Shown here piece by piece: positions 47,367 to 56,800 of a stretch of DNA of 64,000 nt (its first letter is position 1; each line of letters opens with the position of its first letter). The notes under the pieces were generated by a model. That model saw only the letters and a program-made list of their open reading frames with translations, was not told the origin of the DNA and ran no database searches. The stretch covers positions 1 through 64,000 of IMG/VR virus record IMGVR_UViG_3300005573_000857; one strand, written 5' to 3'. The stretch comes from a virus. A program made the position numbers and the translations under genes.

Positions 47367-48392
47367 ATGGTTAGAATTGTTAATTGGCTAGTCACTAGAA
47401 AGTGTAATCTTCAATGCTCTTACTGCAGAATTGCTAGGAGCTACGAGTCTCCGAAAGAGTATCCGAAGATAATAGACTTCTACAAGAATGAAGTTAGCCT
47501 TGACTTTATTGTAGAAGCTCTTAGACGATTTAAAAATCATAACCCAGAATGCTTCCATATCTTCTATGGTGGCGAGCCTCTATTGAGGTTAGATTTAAAA
47601 GATATTGTTGCTTTCTGCAATAAAGAAAGCATTAACTATACCGTTATTACGAACGGGACAGAGGAGTTAGAACCATACTTGGAAGAGCTCTTATCCACGA
47701 CGAAGTTAGCTGGTCTCACAACGTCAGTCGATCCAGTAATCTTTTCACGAGAAGAAAGTGAAGACATTCTTAAGAAAAGTTTAGCTGGGTTAGAGCGTCT
47801 CTCTAAGTATAAAGAGCAAGTTGGTGATTTGGTAGCAGAGGTTACTGTTGGCAAAGACAACTTAAAGTTTCTTCATGATCTCACGAGAGAACTTACGTCT
47901 AGAAGAATCACTAGTTCGATTACTTTTATAGACATAGCGAAAAGCCCGTACTACGATTTTTCGAACATAACGGATACTTCTGTCCTTGTCTCTAAAGAAG
48001 AAGCTCTTCCTGTCTTGAACGCTATAGATGATGACGATGATGTAGACGTCCACATGAAGCATACACTTTTACCCAAGCTATACCAAGCTCTTCCGTCTAA
48101 CTTAGATTGTAAGATAGAGGAAAGCGTACATAACCTGACTATTGACAGTGACGGAACAGTGAGACTTTGCTTAAGAATTCGTGGGGTAAAGACACCAGAG
48201 AAGACGATTCTACAATACTTAAATAGTGACGGGTCAATTGGTGACGAACTAAAAGAAAGATTGGCAGAAGACAAGAGAAGCTACTGTAAGCTTTGCAATT
48301 GGACTTGCCCGATCATGAGTTCTCTTGTCGAATGTGGAAGTAGTGATGTAAAATATCTTATCCATTCTGAAAGGAGAGACCAATGGGTATAA
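47367..48392 (+). CDS. Radical SAM enzyme with C-terminal Cys cluster (SPASM/Twitch-like)
   Basis: CNLQCSYC, GGEPL, ITNG; C...IDSDG.V.LC...CKLCNWTC. Confidence 0.85.
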   Translation: MVRIVNWLVTRKCNLQCSYCRIARSYESPKEYPKIIDFYKNEVSLDFIVEALRRFKNHNPECFHIFYGGEPLLRLDLKDIVAFCNKESINYTVITNGTEELEPYLEELLSTTKLAGLTTSVDPVIFSREESEDILKKSLAGLERLSKYKEQVGDLVAEVTVGKDNLKFLHDLTRELTSRRITSSITFIDIAKSPYYDFSNITDTSVLVSKEEALPVLNAIDDDDDVDVHMKHTLLPKLYQALPSNLDCKIEESVHNLTIDSDGTVRLCLRIRGVKTPEKTILQYLNSDGSIGDELKERLAEDKRSYCKLCNWTCPIMSSLVECGSSDVKYLIHSERRDQWV

Positions 48393-48670
48393 TGGAAAAG
48401 GCTTTAACGTTCTTAAGTGCAGCAACCGAAAAAGAGGTGAAAGTTGAGTTTATAAAGAAGGATGGATCAAGAAGAGTAATGAAGTGTACTCTCGATTTTT
48501 CTAAGATTCCAGAAAAGGATAGACCAAAGTCATTTGAGCTGAAGAAGGCTCTTGAGCAGCTTAAGAAAAATAAGATTCTGCACGTCTACGACGTAGAAAA
48601 CCAGGGATGGAGAAGCGTTCCTTTAGACAGAGTCACATCGTTCGTTGTCGATGGCAAAGAATCTTTGTAG
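48383..48670 (+). CDS. WYL-like Sm/SH3 barrel protein
   Basis: VEF.KKDGS.R.M.CTL....VYDVE..GWRS...DRV. Confidence 0.75.
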   Translation: MGIMEKALTFLSAATEKEVKVEFIKKDGSRRVMKCTLDFSKIPEKDRPKSFELKKALEQLKKNKILHVYDVENQGWRSVPLDRVTSFVVDGKESL

Positions 48671-48679
48671 TAAGGAGGA

Positions 48680-49039
48680 ATGATGTTGACAAAGTTTATT
48701 GTTGGAACTCTTAATGTAGACCAGAGCGGAAAGACTATAACTCTTTGTAGAATTGCAAGTGAGAAGCCTGTTCTTACTATTACTAGCGATAGTTTCGAGC
48801 AAGGATCTGACAAATTTACTAGTATAAGAGTTAAAGCTAAGGAAGTAAATGTTGAGACCGAAACTGATAACGATTCGAATGCAGATGACCTTGAAAGCTT
48901 TGTTTTTGAGCTACTTACGAAAGTAGCAGTAGCGAGTAGCACTGTCGCAGATAAGAAGGAGTTCTATACTAATGTACTCGCTACTATAGAAGATTTTCTT
49001 TCCAAGGGGGTTTGTCGTGAGAAAGGAAAAGTCGTTTGA
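48680..49039 (+). CDS. Hypothetical protein
   Basis: AGGAGG SD. Confidence 0.6.
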   Translation: MMLTKFIVGTLNVDQSGKTITLCRIASEKPVLTITSDSFEQGSDKFTSIRVKAKEVNVETETDNDSNADDLESFVFELLTKVAVASSTVADKKEFYTNVLATIEDFLSKGVCREKGKVV

Positions 49040-49412
49040 CAAAATACTTAAGAAGTATGGTCAAGTAAAGACAATATTTTACTATCTTAAAGATGATAGA
49101 ACGAAAAGGCCACATACTACAGTGTGCCTACTTGTTTCGCCAGACGGGCGAATATTGTCTAGAGGAATCTCTATATGCTCTCCGCTAGATTCTTTCCGAA
49201 AGAAGACTGGAAAAGACAAAGCTCTTGGAAGAGCTATAAAGGCCCTTGTACGGAAGATATCTAGCGAACCAATTCAACCTTTCTCTCATTCATTCTCCGG
49301 ATCTGAGGAGAGAATTCGCTATCTCAAAGAAGTAGAGAAAGAATTTGGGTTCAAGTCTACGTATTTGCCAACTGCTAGATATTTTGAGGTAGGACTGCTT
49401 CGAACTGCCTAA
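49017..49412 (+). CDS. Phage Gp49-like protein (possible nucleotide-signal sponge)
   Basis: TVCLL....G....GISIC...DSF....G...AL.RA. Confidence 0.4.
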   Translation: MRKEKSFDKILKKYGQVKTIFYYLKDDRTKRPHTTVCLLVSPDGRILSRGISICSPLDSFRKKTGKDKALGRAIKALVRKISSEPIQPFSHSFSGSEERIRYLKEVEKEFGFKSTYLPTARYFEVGLLRTA

Positions 49413-49420
49413 AACAAACT

Positions 49421-49450
49421 GGGAACTCACTAATTCGTTAGTGAGTTCCC
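49421..49450. promoter_or_regulatory. Perfect 13-bp hairpin with TTCG loop
   Basis: GGGAACTCACTAA-TTCG-TTAGTGAGTTCCC; no + strand U-tract; an A-rich run precedes it. Confidence 0.7.
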
Positions 49451-49492
49451 GTAGATCTAGTCTGGAAGGCAGAGAATAAAAATAATGGAGAG

Positions 49493-50359
49493 GTGTTCAT
49501 GCAGATAGAGAAGTTAGTTCTCGTCGGCTTGGGATCTCTTGGAAGTTTTCTGTGTGAGAAATTATGCAAACTGAGAAAACTTAGGGAAATTACTCTCATT
49601 GACTACGATATCGTAGAACGAAAAAACTTGGAGACAAGTAACTTTAAACAAAGTGACGTTGGTCTACTAAAAGTAGATGCAATGGCCAAGCTTGTAAAAG
49701 CAACTAGCAAAGAGATAAGAGTAAGAAAAATCCCAGAAAAGTTTGTCGAAGGACAAACAAAGATCCCAAAAGCCGATCTTGTATTAGACACTCGAGACTT
49801 TAACTACGATAGAGGAAAGTTAATCGATGCTCGTCTATTCCTTTCCCTACCGTATCTTGTAGTTGACTGCAGGAAAAATGTAACTTACCACAGAAAGTAC
49901 GAAGGAAAGTATCCGTTGAGTATAACGAGAGAAGACATTGTCGATGCCAGTAACCATGCTTACTCTCTTATAGCTAGAGGATACTTAGACCATCTTTTGA
50001 GAAGACAATCAGTCTATACGATAGAGATTGACAAGATTACGAAAGACTTCTTAGAAAGTTCGCATACTTCGTACGATTTTGCTTGCGATATTGACGAAAG
50101 CAGGATTTCAAACATAGTTGCGAATATTCCAGCTGTTCTCGAAATGAACAACCAGGCAGAAGTCGTCGTTTATCTTGGAAGTAAAAAAGATCCAGTCATT
50201 TCAAGAAAGCTTCCGCAAAACTTCTTAAGAACGCCGGATGATGTTTCCTCTTGTTTTCTTTCTATGCTAAAAGGTCTTCCAGACTTTAGGAACTACTTTG
50301 TTGTAGTTTCTAAGAAGGACTTTTGCATAGAACTCATTCCAGAAACTGCTTCCGCATAG
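49493..50359 (+). CDS. ThiF/E1-like adenylyltransferase with possible C-terminal beta-grasp domain
   Basis: LVGLGSLGS, LIDYDIVE.KNL, DVG..KVD, DLVLDTRD. Confidence 0.8.
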   Translation: MFMQIEKLVLVGLGSLGSFLCEKLCKLRKLREITLIDYDIVERKNLETSNFKQSDVGLLKVDAMAKLVKATSKEIRVRKIPEKFVEGQTKIPKADLVLDTRDFNYDRGKLIDARLFLSLPYLVVDCRKNVTYHRKYEGKYPLSITREDIVDASNHAYSLIARGYLDHLLRRQSVYTIEIDKITKDFLESSHTSYDFACDIDESRISNIVANIPAVLEMNNQAEVVVYLGSKKDPVISRKLPQNFLRTPDDVSSCFLSMLKGLPDFRNYFVVVSKKDFCIELIPETASA

Positions 50360-50367
50360 AGGCGAAA

Positions 50368-50751
50368 ATGAACGTAGTCAGAAAAGAAGTAAACATTTAC
50401 CCAAGTAAAGTAAGAATTTACGGCAAGCTCTACAGTGTCGAACCGCGCAGTGAAGAAGTAAAGATAAAGAAAATTACTTTGTACCTAGATAGAGCTAACC
50501 GCTTGACGAAGGTAGTAGTGGACACCAAAGTTCACCCAAACTGCGACCCACGAACGAAAGAGTTTTGTCTTCCAGAAGAAGTTAAGAAATTAGAGTACAA
50601 TGAAACTTTAGTAAAGTTGGTCGGTTCTCTTCTTTCCGTCTGGAATCTAGACAATTGTTTTGCGAAACTCCATTTCTTGAACTATTTTAACTTATGTGAA
50701 GAGGAGGTAGTAGGTAAATGGCACTCAGAGAAGAATTTAAAGCCAAAATAA
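50368..50751 (+). CDS. E2/UBC-like conjugating-enzyme fold protein
   Basis: VHPNCDPRTKEFCL followed by LVGSLLSVWNLDN, matching HPN-x7-C and the LL..xN.d helix of E2s. Confidence 0.6.
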   Translation: MNVVRKEVNIYPSKVRIYGKLYSVEPRSEEVKIKKITLYLDRANRLTKVVVDTKVHPNCDPRTKEFCLPEEVKKLEYNETLVKLVGSLLSVWNLDNCFAKLHFLNYFNLCEEEVVGKWHSEKNLKPK

Positions 50752-50885
50752 GAAACACTGTTTACGAAACAACACACCAGTTTTTCTCTAGTATTAAGCA
50801 GGCAATTAATAATTGTATCGACATGATTGAAGAATATGTAAAAGAAAAGACCGATGAACTCTTCGGTAAGGAGGAGGAAAAATGA
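50718..50885 (+). CDS. 55-aa helical protein (not in ORF track)
   Basis: ATG after GAGGAGG/AGGT: MALREEFKAKIRN...GKEEEK; ATGA overlap with the next gene. Confidence 0.55.
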   Translation: MALREEFKAKIRNTVYETTHQFFSSIKQAINNCIDMIEEYVKEKTDELFGKEEEK

Positions 50886-51097
50886 GTGTTTTCGGTCAAG
50901 AAGCAGTAGAGGAAATTAAGTCTATCGTTAAATCTTGTTTCGACGAAGTGACAAAGAGTGAGAAACAAGAAGCTATTAAGTTAATAGAAGAAAAACTTAG
51001 CAAACTTGTCGCAGACGAGGTGAGTAACTACTTTAGAAAAATTTCTACATATGTTCTATATGGGGAGATTGTCAATAAATTGGAGGAAAAAAAGTAA
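50882..51097 (+). CDS. 71-aa helical protein translationally coupled to RNAP beta' 2
   Basis: GGAGGAGG SD; TAATG overlap. Confidence 0.65.
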   Translation: MSVFGQEAVEEIKSIVKSCFDEVTKSEKQEAIKLIEEKLSKLVADEVSNYFRKISTYVLYGEIVNKLEEKK

Positions 51098-53796
51098 TGC
51101 CAGAACTCTTTAACATTGACGAGTTTTGCAAAGACCTACCAGAAGTGACGAGTTCGAAAATTAAAGAAAAGGGAAAGTTTAGTCCTCACGGGCTTTTTTC
51201 TGAGCAGATATTCGGTCCAGTTACTAACTACACTTGTCAGTGCGGTAAGTACTCTGGACCTTCTTCTCCAGTTGAGAAATGCGACATTTGCGGTGTCGAA
51301 ATAACCTCGTCAATTGAAAGGAGAAGAAGATTCGCCAAAATAGTTCTTCCATTAAAAGTAGTAAATCCGACATTCTACAACTTAATTGCAGTTACAGCTG
51401 GAAGAGTGAAGAGTCTATTAGACACACTAATGAAGGACGAGAAAAGCGTATTGTACAAAGAAGGAGACGAATATGTAGTAGCTCAAACTGCACCTCCGAA
51501 TGTAAAAGTATGGGAAAGATACGAAGCTATGGAAGAACTTATTAGAGGTCTGGCTACTTACACTGTAGAGAACAGTGACCCAGACGTCCCAATCGTTAAG
51601 TCTTGGAAATTCATAAAAGACAACATTGACAAGATGTTTATTAAGAACATTATCGTCCTTCCACCAGACTTGCGACCAATCTCGAAAGCTGGTAATGACG
51701 TGCAGAAAGCTGATCGTATAAACTGGTTTTACAACTTTATTCTGGTTAAGAAAGAGAAAATGAGAGATACTATGTTCGATGTTAACCAGAATAAAGCTCT
51801 CTTTTACGCGTACTTTAAGCAGCTACAGAAGGCTGTAAACGAGCTCTTCGACCACATAATAGAGAAGTTGTCCAAGAAAGAAGGACTAGTTAGAGGGAAC
51901 ATCTTGGGGAAGAGGGTAGATTTCTCTGGAAGAGCAGTGATAGTTCCAAAAGTAACTCTTAACATCGACGAGTGTGGTCTTCCGTACTTTATGCTTTTGG
52001 AAATCTACAAGATGCAGATTGCCAAGCGGCTCGTTGGAACTACCGTAAAAACTCTTAATGAAGCCATAGAGTATGTAGACGAGTGTATTCGAATGAAGAG
52101 CAAAGACCTGCTTGACGTATGTGAAGAGGTTACTAAGCATGAAGTATGTCTGCTAAATCGTCAACCTTCTTTGCACAGACTGAGTTTAGTTGGATTTAAA
52201 ATCAAAGTCTGTCTTGGTGACGTTATTTACCTCCATCCGCTAGTCTGCTCCGGTTTTAATGCAGATTTCGATGGAGACCAGATGGCTGTTTACATTCCCC
52301 TTTCTCCAGAAGCAAAGCAAGAGGTTCGAGAAAAGCTGATGATTACTAAGAACTTCTCGAATCCAGCAAATGCTTCTTTGTCAACTCTTCCAAACCAGGA
52401 CGTAGTCCTTGGTATCTACGCCTTAACTACAAACTCGTTCCCGAATTTAAGAAACTTGGTAGAGTGTAAGGGCAGCTTAGTTACTGAAAGCATGGCTATC
52501 TTTAATAAGTGCTTGCCTGATGACTACCCTTTAGTAAACAAAGTCGTAACGAAGAAAGAGTTAATCGAGATACTAACAGACATAAAAGAGAAGTACGACC
52601 CGGAAACAGTGAGAGTTGTTCTTGACGAAGTAAAGGAGAAAGGGTTCAGGTACTCTACACTTTTCGGAGCTTCATTGTCGCTTCAGTCCTGTTATGTGCC
52701 GGACCATGAAAAAGTAAGAGACGATCTTTACTCACCAAGTGATGTAAAAGAACAGATTGCGAAAGTTTCTGGAAAAGAATCTGAAACTATCTTACGTGAG
52801 AAATTTCCCTATGCCTACATGGTTGAGTCTGGGGCTCGTGGTAGCTGGGACCAAGTTCGTCAGATCGTCTTAACAAGAGGTTTTATTTCGAACTTCAAAG
52901 GACAAATCTTGAAGACTCCAGTAAAGAGAAGTCTTTTGGACGGACTTACTAGAGAAGAGTTCTTCTTGTCTACTTTTGGTTGCAGAAAAGGTCTTCTTGA
53001 TGTTGCACTAAACACTGGAGCATCTGGCTATTTGTCAAGGAAACTAGTGTTTACTGCTGCGAACGCTCTAGTAAGTGAAACAGTTGAAGATTGTGGTACT
53101 ACTGATTTACTTGAAGTTTATGTGGACTCGACTAAGAAAGCTAAGATGCTAATTGGTCGGTACTACAAAGATGCGTCTGGTAAACTCGACAAAATTACGA
53201 AGAAAAACTACGCACAGTTTTTGGGGAAGACTATATTTATAAGGAGCCCAATTTTCTGTCGTAGTCTAGAATTCTGCCACACTTGCTACGGAGATCTGTA
53301 TAAGACTCTGCATAGCCGCTTCGTTGGTGTTATAGCTGCACAAAGCTTAGGAGAGACGAATACTCAGCTAATATTGAGAACGTTCCATACTTCAGGAGTC
53401 GCTGTAGTAAAAGGCGAAGCCTCTCTGAAGCAGAAAGATATAGTAGCAGACTTGAGTGCAGCTTCGAAACTATTACACCAGTTAGAAGGAGTTAACTATA
53501 AAGATTTAGTGCACGATTTGTTCGAAGTCTACAATACTTCTAGAGAAATTTTCTCAGTCCACATTGAAGTTATTGTCTCTGAAATGATGTGGGCTGGAAA
53601 CGTTCTTTGGAGAATGGCGAAAAATAGAGACAAGATAACTCCAACGTACCATAGTGTCCAAAGCGTTCCTGCTAGACAAAGCTGGTTACTTGGTTTCGCT
53701 TTTTCTCATCCGAAGTGGAATTTGCTTAGAGGTGTGCAGTATTCTGGTGAGTACGTTGGTCCAATTGATAAGATGCTAAGAGGCGAGAGAATCTAA
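51097..53796 (+). CDS. Phage RNA polymerase beta'-like subunit, copy 2 (with Zn-binding domain)
   Basis: CQCGKY...CDICGVE, VLPPDLRP, LGKRVDFSGRAVI, NRQPSLHR, NADFDGD, SGARG, RTFH. Confidence 0.95.
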   Translation: MPELFNIDEFCKDLPEVTSSKIKEKGKFSPHGLFSEQIFGPVTNYTCQCGKYSGPSSPVEKCDICGVEITSSIERRRRFAKIVLPLKVVNPTFYNLIAVTAGRVKSLLDTLMKDEKSVLYKEGDEYVVAQTAPPNVKVWERYEAMEELIRGLATYTVENSDPDVPIVKSWKFIKDNIDKMFIKNIIVLPPDLRPISKAGNDVQKADRINWFYNFILVKKEKMRDTMFDVNQNKALFYAYFKQLQKAVNELFDHIIEKLSKKEGLVRGNILGKRVDFSGRAVIVPKVTLNIDECGLPYFMLLEIYKMQIAKRLVGTTVKTLNEAIEYVDECIRMKSKDLLDVCEEVTKHEVCLLNRQPSLHRLSLVGFKIKVCLGDVIYLHPLVCSGFNADFDGDQMAVYIPLSPEAKQEVREKLMITKNFSNPANASLSTLPNQDVVLGIYALTTNSFPNLRNLVECKGSLVTESMAIFNKCLPDDYPLVNKVVTKKELIEILTDIKEKYDPETVRVVLDEVKEKGFRYSTLFGASLSLQSCYVPDHEKVRDDLYSPSDVKEQIAKVSGKESETILREKFPYAYMVESGARGSWDQVRQIVLTRGFISNFKGQILKTPVKRSLLDGLTREEFFLSTFGCRKGLLDVALNTGASGYLSRKLVFTAANALVSETVEDCGTTDLLEVYVDSTKKAKMLIGRYYKDASGKLDKITKKNYAQFLGKTIFIRSPIFCRSLEFCHTCYGDLYKTLHSRFVGVIAAQSLGETNTQLILRTFHTSGVAVVKGEASLKQKDIVADLSAASKLLHQLEGVNYKDLVHDLFEVYNTSREIFSVHIEVIVSEMMWAGNVLWRMAKNRDKITPTYHSVQSVPARQSWLLGFAFSHPKWNLLRGVQYSGEYVGPIDKMLRGERI

Positions 53797-53819
53797 TAAC
53801 TAGAAAGGAGGTCTCTGGA

Positions 53820-56800
53820 TTGAGGATAGTAAATCCGTTTTTTCATCTTAGTGATGGGGGTATCTTCGAACTTAGAGAGAAAGACTATGCGTCAATTGAG
53901 CAGACAGTGAGAGAAATGCTAAAGCCAGCTGAAGAAGCTGGTTTCGTTATAAAAGAGTTTGAGTTGAGAGACCAGAGACCGTCTGTACGAGAACTGATGC
54001 CAACTCTAAAGAAGAATCTGGTAATAGTACTAGAAAAGAACAACTCTGTAGTGAATTTAACTACGCAAATTCCAAAGCTTGTTGACGGAAACTATATTGT
54101 AATTTCTGGAAGGAAGAAGGTACCCCTCTTCCAGTTGTTCGATTTGCCGATTGTTACAAGAGGTAAATCAATAAAGCTACGAACAAATGTTGCAACGTTG
54201 AGTCTAACTGTAAAGGACAAAAAAGGAGAGTCTGACCCCTTTTACGTATCTCTAAATTTCATGAACAAAGACGTTCCCTTTTCTCTCGTCCTGTTTTGCT
54301 GCTACGGATTCGATAGAGTAGTGGACATGTTTGGACTAGATAAACTCACTGAACTTCCAAGTAACTCGGGTCTTCTTGGTAAGTTGGAATGCGATTTCTT
54401 TTCGTACTACAGTGAATCGAAAGAATACACTCAAGAAGACTTTGTGCGAGAGCTTGGAAGATACTACACTTCTTACGATGCGAAAAAGAAAGGTGAAGAA
54501 GTAGTTTACGCGCTCGATCTCATTGCGAAAGTAGACGTTCCATCCTCTAGGTTCTTTACAACGGAGTCTGCTGTCAGTGAGTTATTGCAAGCTCTAAGAA
54601 TTGGTCACATTGACGATACTGACTTCAGAAATAAAAGAATACGCTGTTTCGAGTACATAGTGCTGGCTAAGCTGGCAAGAGACATTTACAACCTCTGTAT
54701 CGCTAGTCGTAACGCTTTGCGCCCAAAGTTTAGTACGAACTCTAAACAAGTTATCTCAGAATGTAAGACTTCGTCAATTATCCAGTACGATCAGTCACTG
54801 AATCCGATAGATGAACTGACAAAACTTAGCAGAGTTAGCTTAGCTGGTCCAGGAGCTTTTACTAAAGAAAATGTCCCAGAGTACTTAAGAGACGTTCATC
54901 CGTCAATGTTTGGTCGGGTGTGTTCTGTGGACACACCAGAAAGAGAGAACTGTGGTGTATTGCAAAGTCTGTTGCCAAAAGTAAAGCTAACTGAGCACAT
55001 GCGGTTCGACGAAGAAGTAGAAGATAAAGCCACAGTTTCGATAGCAGTCTCGATGGTTCCATTTTTAGAGCATGACGACCAAACTAGGTTGCAGATGGCT
55101 TCATCGCAAATGAGACAGGCTGTTACTCTTCTAAAAGTAGAGAAGCCCTACATTCGTTCTGGGTGCGAAGGACTGTACACAGATTATTCGTCTTTCATAA
55201 AAAGAGCTAGAAAGAATGGAGAGATCGTATATCGCGATGAGTCGTTCTGTGTGGTAGTATATGACGACAAAGATTTCGACATCTTTAAGGTCGGATTCAG
55301 GAAAACTCAGACAGAAAATATAGACTTCCTAGTTTGTAAGCATAAAGTTGGAGATAAAGTAAAAGCTGGCGATATAGTAGTTGAAAGCTTCTTCTGCACA
55401 AACGGAGAAATAAAGATAGGAAAGAATTTGTTAACGGTTTTAGCTACATGGCATGGCTTGAATTACGAAGATGCTATTCTAATTTCAGAAGAAGTTAGAG
55501 ACCGAGGTGATTTTACTTCTTTACACTTTATAGACTTATCCTTCGTCCTTCCGCCGAACAAGATACTTCTGGATTTGTCAGATGATAGCAAAGGAAAAAC
55601 TTATAGACCACTTCCGACTCCTTATAGCAAGATCGTTGTAAAGAGGAAGGATAAGGTCTTTGACATGCAAAGCGATAACGAAGTGCAAGAGGAAGTAATA
55701 GAAGACTATTCAGTTGTTGCTTTAGAGAAGGGTCAGAAGTATGCGGTAGTAAAGGAGATGTATGTAGATAATGATGTAGAAAAAGTTTTCGAAGAAGAAC
55801 AAGTTTATAGGACTGAGAGAGACGTAAAAATCTACTCTGTAAATATCTACGCTAACAAATGGTACGATAAAGTTCGCCCATTTGACGAGTGGGTGCAAGA
55901 AACGATAAGAATGCAACAGAAAAGAGAAAGAGATTTTCACGAAAGTCTATACAAGTTTATTCCAAGGGAAAAAGTGCAGGAGTTCATTCGAGATAATGGA
56001 TTAAACAAGTTCACTTCTCAAGGAAGCTACAGAATAAACGGAGAGCTTGTTAATGGAATGTACATAGAGATTCTTGGAGTATATGAAAAGCCGATAAACG
56101 TAGGCGACAAAATTGGAAATCGGCATGGTAATAAGGGAGTTGTAAATATTCTCCCAAAAGAAAAAATGCCGTTACTAGAAAATGGACGGCATGCCGAAGT
56201 ATGTGTAAGTCCGATGTCTACTATCTCGAGAATGAACGTAGGCCAGATCTTCGAGATGCATCTAGCGATGTCTTTACAAGACCTTAAGGCTAAGCTACTG
56301 AAAATGATAGAAGATGGAAAAAGTCAAGAAGAAATGAGAAAGTATCTTCTCGACTACATAAAGATAGTAGATGCTACGAAAGATAACTGGTTCTACAATC
56401 AGTTTGAGAGTCAGTTAGGTGTAATCGACAAGAAGTTTGTAGATGACCTTACTCTAGTGCAACCCCCGTTTGAGTCCTGTTCAAGAGAACAAGTTCTAGA
56501 AGCTTGCAAGTATACGAATACTCCACTTGAGTGTTCGATTTACGATCCAATAACGGGAGAGAAAGTTCTCAACAAAGTTGGATTTGGGTACATGTACTTC
56601 TTCAAGATGGTCCATATTGCCGAAGACAGGTTAGCTGCTAGAGGCATCGGAACGTATTCGAAAAGAACTCTACAACCTCTTGGAGGGAGAAGGAACAGAG
56701 GTGGACAAAGAGTTGGAGAAATGGAAATGTGTTGCTTTATAGCTCACGATGCTACAGAAAACTTGTACGAAACTCTCACTACAAAGTCCGATTCTATCGA

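Noticed and set aside
47367-48392. Radical SAM enzyme as QueE
   Set aside because: Longer than typical QueE, lacks its N-terminal QGEG motif, and has extra C-terminal cysteines.
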